Source of the DNA: an uncultured Candidatus Kuenenia sp. | GTDB lineage: Bacteria > Planctomycetota > Planctomycetia > Pirellulales > UBA1268 | DNA: 64,000 nucleotides | Assembly: GCA_964545915.1 (NCBI GenBank) | Contig: CAZJHQ010000005.1 | Location: 29,374-93,373 of the forward strand | Direction of reading: 5' to 3' | In this document: positions 9,547 to 18,519 of the stretch, piece after piece | Numbering within the stretch: position 1 is the first letter of the stretch | Layout of the letters: each line of letters opens with the position of its first letter | The notes under the pieces: model-generated | Database searches by the model: none | Seen by the model: only the letters and a program-made list of their open reading frames with translations | Told to the model about the DNA's origin: nothing | Position numbers and translations under genes: made by a program

Positions 9547-12500
9547 ATGCAGCCATCCGAATCGGATGCCGCAGGTCCGCAGATCGAGGCCGGCGCGGAT
9601 TCCCTGTCGTCCTCGGGGGGCCTGACCGACTTCCTCGTGCCGCCCGCCGCGCCCGCCGGCCCCGACCTCGGTCCCGGGACACGCCTCGGCGACGTGACGC
9701 TCGTCCGGTTCGTCGCCGAGGGGGGCATGGGACGGGTTTATGAAGGGCTGCAGGGCATGCCCTGCCGGACCGTCGCCGTGAAGGTGATCCGCCCCGGCGT
9801 GCTCTCGAAGGCGTCGCTCAAGCGGTTCGAGTACGAGGCACACATTCTGGGCCGCCTCACCCATCCGGGAATCGCCCGCATCTATTCGCTGGGGATGCAG
9901 CCGGTGCATGGCGGCGACATGCCCTACTTCGTCATGGAGTACATCGCCGACGCGCGGCCGATCACCGCCTACGCGGCCGACCATGACCTCTCCACGCGGG
10001 CCCGGCTGCAGTTGTTCCGCGACGTCTGCCGCGCCGTCGCCCACGGCCACCAGCAGGGGGTCATCCATCGTGATCTGAAGCCGGGCAACATGCTCGTCGA
10101 CGCCGCGGGACAGGCGAAGATCATCGACTTCGGCATCGCCCGGACCACCGACGGCGACGCGACCCTGACCACCATGCACACCGAGCTCGGCCAACTCGTC
10201 GGCACCGTGCAGTACATGTGCCCCGAGCAGTTCTCCGGCGATCCCGACGCGGTCGACGTCCGGGCCGATGTCTACGCGCTGGGCGTCGTGCTCTACGAAC
10301 TCCTCGTCGGCAGGCTGCCCTATGACGTCGCCAGGCGGCCGGTCTATGCCGTCGCCCGCCTGGTCCAGGAGTCCGAGCCGACGCCGATCAGCACCGTCAA
10401 CCCGCGGCTCCGCGGGGATCTCGCCACGATCGTCATGAAGTGCCTGGAGAAGGACCGGGCCCGCCGCTATTCGAGTGCCGCCGAGCTCGAGGCCGACCTG
10501 GGCCGCTATCTCGGCGGCGAGCCGATCACCGCCAGCCCGCCGCGACTCGGCGCCTCCCTCGTCAGGCTGGCGCGGCGTCACAAGCTCGCCGCGCTGACGG
10601 CGACCGGCCTGCTGACGGCGATCGTGGCGGGGGGCATCGGCGCGTCGATCTTCGCGGTGCAGGCCGCGCGGGAACGGGCCACGGCCCTGCGGGAGACGGC
10701 CCGGGCCGACGCGGAGGCGACTCTCTCCCGGCAGCGGCTCTACGTCGCCAACCTGCGATCGCTGCAGGCCGCCATCAGCACCGGAAATCTGCGGCTCGGC
10801 CGCCAGTTGCACGCGGAGAACCGCGGCCTCGTCGGCACCCCTCTGCCGCTGGAAATGAACGTGCTGGCCGCCGACCTCGACCACGCCCTGGTCGTGCTCG
10901 ATTGGAAACGCGGGCCGGTGCGGGACGTCGAGTACAGCCCTGACGGCAGGATTCTTGCCGCGACGTGCATTGCCGGCGACAAGTGGCAGTCTCTTGACGA
11001 CCTCAAACGACTGTCTCACGCCAGCTCCTTGCATTCTCGCAAGGGCGATCTTCTGTTCTTCGGTGTCGATGGCCAGCGGGCCTATGAACGGCTGGAGTCG
11101 CCTCATGACACATGGTCGAAATTGTGGAGTGCCCAGACGGCGGCGACTGGGCTGCGCAGCGTGGACGATCTCGCCACCGTGCCGCTGGCCGTCTGCCCGG
11201 CCGTGAACCGCACCGCGGTTCATACGGCGGAGGGCCGCGTCCGCATCGTGACCGCGGCATCCGCCGCGGAAGACGTCACCCTGGAGCACCATCGTGGCCG
11301 GCTGACGGCCGCCGCCTTCAGCCCGGATGGCACACGGCTGGCCATCCTCGGCGCGGCGCGGAGTCTCGGCCTGTGGGATGTGACCAGCGGCCGGAGGATC
11401 GCGATGCTCGGCGACGCGGACGCACGCTTCGGGGACTTCCATTTCAGCCCCGACGGCGGACGGATCGCGGCCATCTTCGACCGACGCGATCGCCGGCGGG
11501 AGGTCTGCCTGTACGACACCCGCACCGGCCGTCACCTCTCCACCGTCACGACGCAGCGGGGCCGCGGGCCGATCGATTCCCTGCTCGCCTTCAGCCCGGA
11601 CGGCGATCGGCTGGCCACGAATTTCGACGACCACGAACTCCAGGTCTGGGACGTCGCCAGTGGCACGCGGGTCGCCGGCCTGCCCGGCACGGCGGGGATC
11701 GCCACGGCGGCGGCCTTCAGCCCCGACGGCCGGCAGGTTGCCGGCGGATTCACCAATGGCACGATCCGGCTCTGGGATTCCCGCACGTCCGCGGTCGAGC
11801 GGGAGTTGCTGGGTCACGACGGAGGGGTCACGACGCTGGCGTTTCACCCCGCCGGAGAGACGCTCGCGTCCGGCGCCCACGACGGCACCGTGCGCATCTG
11901 GTCCCGCGCGACCGCGCAGCCGCTCGCCACCCTTCCCGAGCACCCGGGCATGACGGCCGCCGCCTTCAGCCCGGACGGTCGGCAACTGGCGGTGGCACCG
12001 CAGGGCACCGGGAGTGTCGAATTGTGGAACCCGCGAACCATCCAGCGGCTGCATGCGCTGGCGGGCGGCCCGGGCCTCGTGACGGAGGTCGCCTACAGTC
12101 CGGACGGCACGCTCGTCGCGGCCGCCGTCAAGAACGGTGACGAAGCGGGCGAAGTCCGCGTCTGGAGGACCGACACCGGCGAACGAACCGCCACGCTCGC
12201 CGCCATCCGGCGGGGCGTCGAACGGGTCGCCTTCAGCCCCGAAGGCTCACGCCTGCTGACGACGTCGGGCGATGCCACGGTGGCGGTCTGGGAACCGCGC
12301 ACGGGCCGGCAGCTCATGGCGGTGGCCTCGGGCTACCATGGCGTGTTCGTCGCCGCCGGCGCCGTCTTCGGCCTGGCTGGCACGCGGGTGGCCTACCGCA
12401 TGCCCCATCTTCTCGACGCCACGACCGGCGCGGTGGCGGCAACCTTACGGCCCCAAGGTCACGTGACCTGCCTCGCAGCCAGCCCTGACGGCCTGGTGCG

Positions 12501-12984
12501 GGCAGCCGGCATGGCCATCGGGTCGGTCGATCTCGCCGACTTTGCGACCGGAAAGAGAATCGCCATGCTCAACGGCCATCGGGCGGCCGTGCGGGCCCTG
12601 GCCTTCAGCGCCGATGGCCGCCGGCTCGCGGCCGGCTCCACGGACGGCTCGGTCCGCCTCTGGAACACCCGCAGCGGCCCCGATGCCGCGACTGCCATCC
12701 GCGTCTTCAGCGGTCATGAAGGGGTCGTCGAGACGGTGCTCTTCAGTCCCGACGGTCGGCGGATCGTGACGGCCTCCCGTGACGGCACGGCCCGCATCTG
12801 GGATGCCGAATCAGGGCACGAGCTGTGCATCCTGCCCGCCCCCCGGGAGTTTCCGCGGGCGGTCGTGTTGAGCCCCGACGGCACGCTGCTCGTGACCGCG
12901 GCAGCCACGGGGGGTGTGCGGGTCCACGGGCTGTCCAATGCGGCCGTCATCAGCGCCCGGCAGGCGGCTGCCGCGTCGCGGTGA
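9547..12984 (+). CDS. Ser/Thr protein kinase - single TM - WD40 repeat protein (paralogous architecture to 2135-5329)
   Basis: Kinase motifs GGMGRVYEG, AVKV, HRDLKPGNML, DFG, CPEQ. TM LAALTATGLLTAIVAGGIGASIF. About 13 WD40-like units (..FSPDG..RLWD/RIWD). Confidence 0.9.
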   Translation: MQPSESDAAGPQIEAGADSLSSSGGLTDFLVPPAAPAGPDLGPGTRLGDVTLVRFVAEGGMGRVYEGLQGMPCRTVAVKVIRPGVLSKASLKRFEYEAHILGRLTHPGIARIYSLGMQPVHGGDMPYFVMEYIADARPITAYAADHDLSTRARLQLFRDVCRAVAHGHQQGVIHRDLKPGNMLVDAAGQAKIIDFGIARTTDGDATLTTMHTELGQLVGTVQYMCPEQFSGDPDAVDVRADVYALGVVLYELLVGRLPYDVARRPVYAVARLVQESEPTPISTVNPRLRGDLATIVMKCLEKDRARRYSSAAELEADLGRYLGGEPITASPPRLGASLVRLARRHKLAALTATGLLTAIVAGGIGASIFAVQAARERATALRETARADAEATLSRQRLYVANLRSLQAAISTGNLRLGRQLHAENRGLVGTPLPLEMNVLAADLDHALVVLDWKRGPVRDVEYSPDGRILAATCIAGDKWQSLDDLKRLSHASSLHSRKGDLLFFGVDGQRAYERLESPHDTWSKLWSAQTAATGLRSVDDLATVPLAVCPAVNRTAVHTAEGRVRIVTAASAAEDVTLEHHRGRLTAAAFSPDGTRLAILGAARSLGLWDVTSGRRIAMLGDADARFGDFHFSPDGGRIAAIFDRRDRRREVCLYDTRTGRHLSTVTTQRGRGPIDSLLAFSPDGDRLATNFDDHELQVWDVASGTRVAGLPGTAGIATAAAFSPDGRQVAGGFTNGTIRLWDSRTSAVERELLGHDGGVTTLAFHPAGETLASGAHDGTVRIWSRATAQPLATLPEHPGMTAAAFSPDGRQLAVAPQGTGSVELWNPRTIQRLHALAGGPGLVTEVAYSPDGTLVAAAVKNGDEAGEVRVWRTDTGERTATLAAIRRGVERVAFSPEGSRLLTTSGDATVAVWEPRTGRQLMAVASGYHGVFVAAGAVFGLAGTRVAYRMPHLLDATTGAVAATLRPQGHVTCLAASPDGLVRAAGMAIGSVDLADFATGKRIAMLNGHRAAVRALAFSADGRRLAAGSTDGSVRLWNTRSGPDAATAIRVFSGHEGVVETVLFSPDGRRIVTASRDGTARIWDAESGHELCILPAPREFPRAVVLSPDGTLLVTAAATGGVRVHGLSNAAVISARQAAAASR

Positions 12985-14176
12985 CAGGCTCGTCTTCGAT
13001 CGCCGGCAACGGCGGAGGCAGCACCCGCTGCCGCGGCTCCTCGAGGGCGCCGAGAAAGGCGGCCAGGTCGGCGAGGTCCTGCCGGTTGAGCCCCAGCGGC
13101 TTCAGGTGCGGCGACTTCACCGGAAACGCCGGGTCGTCCCGCTGGTAGGGCTGGCGCTTGAGCGTCACCATCCCCGCGTTGTACATGTTGAGCACGCCGG
13201 AGAGTTCGAACATGCCCGTGTGCATGAGCGGTGTCGTCCGCGTCACGTCCCGCAAGGTCGGCGTGCGGAAGCGGCCCCGGTCGGCCGCCGCGCCGGTGAC
13301 GGCATGGCGGCCGAGGTCCTCGGTGCGCCGTCCGTAGAAGCTCAAGCCGAGGTCGTGAAACCGGCCGTCGCTGAACGTCGGGCCATGGTGGCAGTTCAGG
13401 CACCGTGCGTCGCGGCGAAACAGATCGAGGCCGAGGATCTCCGCATCGGCGAGCGCCGCCGCGTCGCCCCGCAGGAAGCGGTCGAACCGCGAGCGGCCCG
13501 ACACGATCGTCCGCTCGAAGCAGGCCACCGCCTCGACCACCGCCGCGAACGAGGGCGGGCGGCCGGCGAAGGCGTCGGCAAACAGCTGCCGATACCCTGG
13601 GCTCCGCGCGAGCAGGCCGACCACCGCGTCACGGTCGGCCGCCATCTCCGCCGGATTGGTGAGCGCCTCCTCGACCTGCTGCTCCAGGCTGCCGGCCCGT
13701 CCGTCCCAGAACAGATGCGTCTGAAACGCCACGTTGCGAATCGTCGGCGTGTTTCGCTGCGGCGACCGGCCATGCGGCTGGCTGACGGCCCGCCCGTCGG
13801 CCCAGCCGAGGTTCGGCTCGTGGCAGGTGACGCAGGCAATCTTGCCGTCGGCCGAAAGGCGGGCGTCGAAGAACAGGAGCCGGCCGAGCTCGGCCTTCGC
13901 GGCGGTGTAGGGATTGCTCTCCGGGTGCACGACCTCCGGCAAGAGGCCGATTTCCCGCCATTCAACCCCTGGATCGACGTGCGGCGCCGGCCACTGGGCA
14001 GGCGGGCGGCGATAGTCTTCCCGCAGCTGCCGGACGGCTTCCGCCCGCGCGGCCGCCGACCGCTCCGGCCGCGGGGGCCGCTTCGCCGGCGGGTCGGGTT
14101 CGGCGGCCCCCACGACGGCGAGCCCGAGCACGATCCATGCCGCTCCGCTCGCCACGGCGAGCAGACTGCGGAACAA
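12950..14176 (-). CDS. Di-haem cytochrome c peroxidase family protein
   Basis: Two CXXCH sites (CVTCHEP, CLNCHHG) and MHTGMF. Start is uncertain: TTG 14176 gives MFRSLLAVASGAAWIVLGLAVVG, with GTG 14155 as an alternative. The track start at 14365 reads through a DNA repeat and was rejected. The 3' end overlaps the kinase gene by 35 nt (convergent). Confidence 0.8.
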   Translation of the reverse strand: MFRSLLAVASGAAWIVLGLAVVGAAEPDPPAKRPPRPERSAAARAEAVRQLREDYRRPPAQWPAPHVDPGVEWREIGLLPEVVHPESNPYTAAKAELGRLLFFDARLSADGKIACVTCHEPNLGWADGRAVSQPHGRSPQRNTPTIRNVAFQTHLFWDGRAGSLEQQVEEALTNPAEMAADRDAVVGLLARSPGYRQLFADAFAGRPPSFAAVVEAVACFERTIVSGRSRFDRFLRGDAAALADAEILGLDLFRRDARCLNCHHGPTFSDGRFHDLGLSFYGRRTEDLGRHAVTGAAADRGRFRTPTLRDVTRTTPLMHTGMFELSGVLNMYNAGMVTLKRQPYQRDDPAFPVKSPHLKPLGLNRQDLADLAAFLGALEEPRQRVLPPPLPAIEDEPVTATRQPPAGR

Positions 14177-14284
14177 GTCTGCCCGAGCAGGATGTGAGGA
14201 ATACCGACCGGGGAAACCTCCGGCGTTTCCACCGGTCGGCCAAGTGGACAAAGGCCATGGAGGGCTTTGGCCACGGACAGCGAG
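14161..14284. repeat. Interspersed palindromic intergenic repeat, family A, copy 1
   Basis: ~124 nt with about 9 mismatches to 23170-23293 (hand alignment). Contains hairpins GCAGAC..GTCTGC, CCGACCGGGGAAAC..GTTTCCACCGGTCGG and GTGGACAAAGGCC..GGGCTTTGGCCAC. Confidence 0.85.
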
Positions 14285-14361
14285 GATGCCGCAACGCATG
14301 GCGGTGGAGCATCGGCCGGCGGCATCGTGAAGGTGCTGCATGGGGAGCGAACTCCGCGACG

Positions 14362-15381
14362 TCAACGCACGCGGGCGTCGTCTGCGGCCTGAATGGTGAG
14401 TTGGGCGGCCACCACGTCCGCGGAGGCGGCCTCATCGCTGAACCGGACCGCGCCGTCGACGAACAGGGTTGCAGCCCCGCCGGAATGGAACCCATAGATT
14501 CCGAAGTTGTTGCTGCCGTTGATCATCGTCGGCCCGGGCGACTTGTATCGATTGGCCGGATCGACCTGCGTCGCGTCGCGACGAAATCCCCGGACTGCAA
14601 ACTGGTTGGTGTCGGCCCAGCCGCACAGCGGAGCGTACTTGGTGCTGACGGGGCTCGAGTCGAACCGCCCGGAATCGGGCACCAACGCGCCGAACGCCCA
14701 TACCTGCGGCCGCCCCGCCGACTCGACGACGGCGATGCTCTTCGAGGTGCCGTCGGTGATCTCGCGCATGCGGCGTCCCCGGGCCCCGGGGACGGTCGCT
14801 CCCTTGAGGAAGCCTTCCCAGTTGTCGGGCCGGGGATACGACACCACGGCCGGAGCATTCCACAGCGCCGCACTCGGGCCGTCGGAGGCGGCGTAATCGG
14901 CCACCGCCGCACTCCATGTCGGACTCGTGGTCTTGAACCGCGGGTGCTGCCGCGGCCCACCTGGTGTGGACGGGCACGTCATGAAGGCCAGCGGCGTCTG
15001 CACGGCGGCCATGTTGATGGCGTCGTCGAACCGCACCGCGTAGTCGTAACGGTCCGCCAGCGGACGCTCGTCGAGATAGGGCAGGATCTGGGCGCACCAA
15101 TGATGGCGGATCGGCCCCACCGACACGTTGTTCGGAAAGCAGTCTCGGGCCGCGTGATACTGATGGAAGCCGATGCCGATCTGCCGCAGGTTGTTCGCGC
15201 ACTGCGTGCGGCGGGCCGCTTCCCGAACCGCGAGCACGCCAGGCATCAGCAGCCCCGCGAGCCCGGCGATGATGGCGACCGCGACGAGCATCTCGACGAG
15301 CGAAAATCCGCCCGCCACGCCACGTTCGGCTCGTCCGGCCCCGGCGTCGCCACCGGTTTCTGATTCATGGCTGCATGGCAT
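14362..15381 (-). CDS. DUF1559 protein with prepilin-type N-terminal cleavage/methylation domain
   Basis: GFSLVEMLVAVAIIAGL N-terminal pilin-like helix. C-terminal H-X9-DG pattern (FHSGGAATLFVDGAVRF). This is a hallmark planctomycete family. Confidence 0.9.
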   Translation of the reverse strand: MPCSHESETGGDAGAGRAERGVAGGFSLVEMLVAVAIIAGLAGLLMPGVLAVREAARRTQCANNLRQIGIGFHQYHAARDCFPNNVSVGPIRHHWCAQILPYLDERPLADRYDYAVRFDDAINMAAVQTPLAFMTCPSTPGGPRQHPRFKTTSPTWSAAVADYAASDGPSAALWNAPAVVSYPRPDNWEGFLKGATVPGARGRRMREITDGTSKSIAVVESAGRPQVWAFGALVPDSGRFDSSPVSTKYAPLCGWADTNQFAVRGFRRDATQVDPANRYKSPGPTMINGSNNFGIYGFHSGGAATLFVDGAVRFSDEAASADVVAAQLTIQAADDARVR

Positions 15382-15402
15382 CGTCGGGGCTTCCCCTGCC
15401 GA

Positions 15403-16023
15403 TCACTCCGGCCGCTCGCCATCCAGAGCCGCCTTCACCGCGTCTCTCGCCTGCCGCCAGTAGTTCTTCACGGTCCGCTCGGAGCATCCCATCACGGCGG
15501 CGATCGTCTTTTGATCGCAGCCGAGATACCAGACCAGGCGAAACACCTCCTTCGGCTCCGCTGCCAACTGTTCGACGGCGTCGTGAAACCGCTCCCAGCG
15601 ATCGAGCGATTCCTCGGGCTGCGCGGCATCGTCCACGAAATGCCGCGGCCCGTCCCCGGCGTTGTAGACGTTCGTGCCGTGATTCGCCTGAGAGGCCGAC
15701 TTGTGCGTGTACCGGCGGGCCAGATCGACGAGTTCCCGGTGGATCTGCACGGCGCCCAGGGCCATCAACGACCGCGGCGACTCGCCGGCCACGGCCAGCT
15801 GGCCCAGCGCCCGGTGCAGCCGCATGATCGCCCCCTGGAACACGTCGTCGGTGTCGTCGTAGCGGCGGACACCGGGATAGGTCCGCAGGATCTTGTGCGT
15901 CAGGTGCCGCAGCCGCGCGCTGCACACCTCGACGATCCGATCCCGCGCCGCGAGGTCGCCGTTCATGAGAGCGGTGAACAACCGGGAAACGTCCGCGGCG
16001 TCCTGCACGGCTGCCGACTCCAT
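15403..16023 (-). CDS. ECF-type RNA polymerase sigma factor, paralogue of 5405-6028
   Basis: DDTDDVFQGAIMRLH and VFRLVWYLGCDQKTIAAVMGCSERTVKNYW. The C-terminus ALDGERPE matches ALDGQRPE of the paralogue. ATG 16023 (MESAAVQ) chosen. Confidence 0.85.
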   Translation of the reverse strand: MESAAVQDAADVSRLFTALMNGDLAARDRIVEVCSARLRHLTHKILRTYPGVRRYDDTDDVFQGAIMRLHRALGQLAVAGESPRSLMALGAVQIHRELVDLARRYTHKSASQANHGTNVYNAGDGPRHFVDDAAQPEESLDRWERFHDAVEQLAAEPKEVFRLVWYLGCDQKTIAAVMGCSERTVKNYWRQARDAVKAALDGERPE

Positions 16024-16200
16024 GACCACGCGAACCGAAAACCAGCACCGGTTATAGGATTCTTTCGCGACTCGGGAAGCCCGCGGGCCGCCCGCCCGGG
16101 GGCCCCAGGTCAGGCACCCCACCATGTGCATTACACTCCTCATTATTGACTACCTTTCCCGGCAGGGGCTATCCTCCGCCCCTGTCTCGGTTATTGGCAC

Positions 16201-17997
16201 ATGCGTCGCCTGAATCCCCAGCGGACGATCCGCTGCCTCGCCCCCGGCCTGCTGATCCTCGTTGTCTTGCCGTGCCTGCCCGCGGCGCCGGCGGCGACGA
16301 CCACCCATACCGCCGCCTGGTCGGGGGGCACGATCGCGGCGGGCGAGACCGTGATCCTCAACGCCGGCGCGAGCATCACCGGCAACGTCGTAGCCAACGG
16401 GCTGCTGCAGTTCAATCAGACGACGGCCTTGACGACCGGTGGCACCATCTCCGGAACCGGCGGCCTGTCGCTGACCAACACCGGCACGTGGTTCCTGACG
16501 GGCTTGACCTCCGGCACGGGCCGGTTTGACCTGGCGATCACCGCATCGAGCGGCGTGCTAGGCATCGGCACGACGGGCACCAATCCGCTCGTCGTGGGCG
16601 ACGTCGGCACCGGCACGCTCGCCGTGACGGGCGGTGTCGTGCGGAACGGCGCCGGCTTCCTCGGCTTCGCGGCGGGGAGCCTGGGCTCGGCGACCGTCAG
16701 CAGCGGCACGTGGGCCAACGCCACCGGCAGCTCGGTGCGGATCCTCTACGTCGGCTATTCAGGCACCGGCGTGCTCGACGTCTCGGGCGGCTTCGTCACC
16801 AACTCCAGCGGCTATCTGGGCTGGGCCGCCGGCAGCGTCGGCACGGCGACCGTGGGGAGCGGCACCTGGAACAACCGCGGCCCGCTCTATGTGGGCGGCG
16901 CCCTGGGCGGGACCGGTGGCACAGGCGTGCTGCACGTGACCGGCGGCAACGTCACCAGCACCACGGCATACATCGGCTCCAATGCGACGGCATCCGGCTC
17001 GGTCACAGTCAGCGGCGGCACATGGAGCACCGCCGCCAATCTGAACGTGGGCACCAGCGGCCCCGGCAGCCTGACGATCTCCGGCAGCGGCGGCACCGGG
17101 GGCCTGGTGATCGTCGGTGGCACGCTCTCCAAAGGAGCCACCGGCACGATCACCCTCGACGCCGGGGGCACGCTGCAAATCGGCACCGGCACGACGGCGT
17201 CGGGCGTCCTCGGCACCGACCTGGTCAACAATGGCACGCTGATCTTCAACCGGCTCGGTTCCGGCACGGCGGCCACGAGCATCAGCGGAACGGGGGGGCT
17301 GACGCTGGCGGGGGCCGGCACGCTCCGGCTCACCGCGACCAGCAGCTATTCCGGCGCCACGCTGGTCAACGCCGGCACCCTGCTGGTCAACGGTGCGGTC
17401 GGCAGCACGTTGGTCTCGGTGGCCGGCGGTGCCACACTAGGGGGATCAGGGAGCATCGGCGGTGCCGTGACGGTCCTGGCCGGCGGCACGTTGTCCCCCG
17501 GCGATGGCCTCGAAAGCCTGGCCTGCGGCCCCGTCTCGCTGCTTGATGGATCGGTCTTCCGTGCCGAAGTGCGGTCCGTGGTCCCGGCGGCGGACCTGCT
17601 GACGATCATGGGAGATCTGACGTTGACGGGCACGGTCGGGCTCGTGCTCGCCGATCTCGCGGCCGGTGCCGGGAGGGTTGCCGAGGGGACGATCCTCTCG
17701 CTGATCAACTATGGCGGGAGTTGGAACGGAGGCTTTTTCCATTCCGGCGGTGCGGCCTTGACGGACGGCTCCCTGTTTTCCGTCGGGGCTCAGCAGTGGC
17801 GGATCGACTATGACGCCCCCCTCGGCGGCCTGAACCACACCGGCGACTTTCTGCCCGACAGCCGTTTCGTGAACGTCGTCGCGGTGCCCGAACCCTCGGC
17901 CGGCGTCCTGCTGGCCATCGGCCTGCTCGGCACCGGATGGGCCTGGCGACGGGCACGGCGGCGGCGGCGCAAAAACGGGATTTTCTGCGGCTTGTAA
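16201..17997 (+). CDS. Autotransporter-associated beta-strand repeat protein with PEP-CTERM anchor
   Basis: Signal peptide, then many G/T-rich beta-strand repeats (GGTLxLxGxNTYSG-like: LRLTATSSYSGATLVNAGTLLVNG). C-terminal VPEPSAGVLLAIGLLGTGWAWRRARRRRR. Confidence 0.85.
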   Translation: MRRLNPQRTIRCLAPGLLILVVLPCLPAAPAATTTHTAAWSGGTIAAGETVILNAGASITGNVVANGLLQFNQTTALTTGGTISGTGGLSLTNTGTWFLTGLTSGTGRFDLAITASSGVLGIGTTGTNPLVVGDVGTGTLAVTGGVVRNGAGFLGFAAGSLGSATVSSGTWANATGSSVRILYVGYSGTGVLDVSGGFVTNSSGYLGWAAGSVGTATVGSGTWNNRGPLYVGGALGGTGGTGVLHVTGGNVTSTTAYIGSNATASGSVTVSGGTWSTAANLNVGTSGPGSLTISGSGGTGGLVIVGGTLSKGATGTITLDAGGTLQIGTGTTASGVLGTDLVNNGTLIFNRLGSGTAATSISGTGGLTLAGAGTLRLTATSSYSGATLVNAGTLLVNGAVGSTLVSVAGGATLGGSGSIGGAVTVLAGGTLSPGDGLESLACGPVSLLDGSVFRAEVRSVVPAADLLTIMGDLTLTGTVGLVLADLAAGAGRVAEGTILSLINYGGSWNGGFFHSGGAALTDGSLFSVGAQQWRIDYDAPLGGLNHTGDFLPDSRFVNVVAVPEPSAGVLLAIGLLGTGWAWRRARRRRRKNGIFCGL

Positions 17998-18037
17998 CCG
18001 GTTTTGCCCCTGGAGGCACTTTTCTTCGCCATTGATT

Positions 18038-18078
18038 CCAGGAGACGGCCTGTCCGGCCGTCTGCATCTCTCTCCTGG
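18038..18078 (+). terminator. Stem-loop after the PEP-CTERM gene (terminator-like)
   Basis: Outer arms CCAGGAG / CTCCTGG and inner arms AGACGGCC / GGCCGTCT. Lies 41 nt after the stop at 17997. No clear T-tract. Confidence 0.4.
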
Positions 18079-18088
18079 AGTCGACCGC

Positions 18089-18340
18089 ATGATCACTTTC
18101 GCTGCCGGCTGGAAGGCCGAACCGAGCCGCTCCCAGCCTCTGGCCGCCCCCCACGAGGTGCTCGGACTACCCCCCGACACCACCGACGCGGCCCTGATCG
18201 TGCAGGCGGCGCGGCGGCGGCTCAACGCCATTCGCGACGCCTATGGCAGCGAGGAAGACGTGAAAGACGCCCTGGTGTCGATGATCGTCGCGGCGCGGCA
18301 GGCGATGCTCGCCCGGGCCAATGCCGAGGCTGGCCGATAG
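18089..18340 (+). CDS. Small hypothetical protein (83 aa)
   Basis: High GC3 codon pattern. GGAG 9 nt upstream of ATG 18089. The upstream track start at 18032 lies inside the hairpin. No recognisable domain; PHEVLGLPPDTTDAALIVQAARRRLNAI is only vaguely J-domain-like and lacks HPD. Confidence 0.45.
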   Translation: MITFAAGWKAEPSRSQPLAAPHEVLGLPPDTTDAALIVQAARRRLNAIRDAYGSEEDVKDALVSMIVAARQAMLARANAEAGR

Positions 18341-18519
18341 GCCCGCCTCCACACCGTCACGGCGTCATTCGGGTCGGCGAACGACCGTCAAGCCGCCCCC
18401 GTCGCGGAACGTGGCCGTTGGTGATGCCGGCGACGGTGCTCTATCCTGCTCAGCTGCAACGACGTTCCACTCGCGGCGACCATGATCTTCTCGGCGCTTC
18501 CTCCGGAGGATGACCACCG

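Noticed and set aside
9442-12054. 5' extension of the 1770-aa minus-strand ORF (6742-12054)
   Set aside because: It is an antisense shadow of the second kinase-WD40 gene. The real S46 peptidase starts at the signal peptide MKYQNSF (9441).
14177-14365. Upstream ATG start (14365) for the cytochrome c peroxidase
   Set aside because: That N-terminal extension is encoded entirely by the intergenic repeat and overlaps the DUF1559 stop. A signal-peptide-like start near 14176/14155 is more plausible, though not proven.
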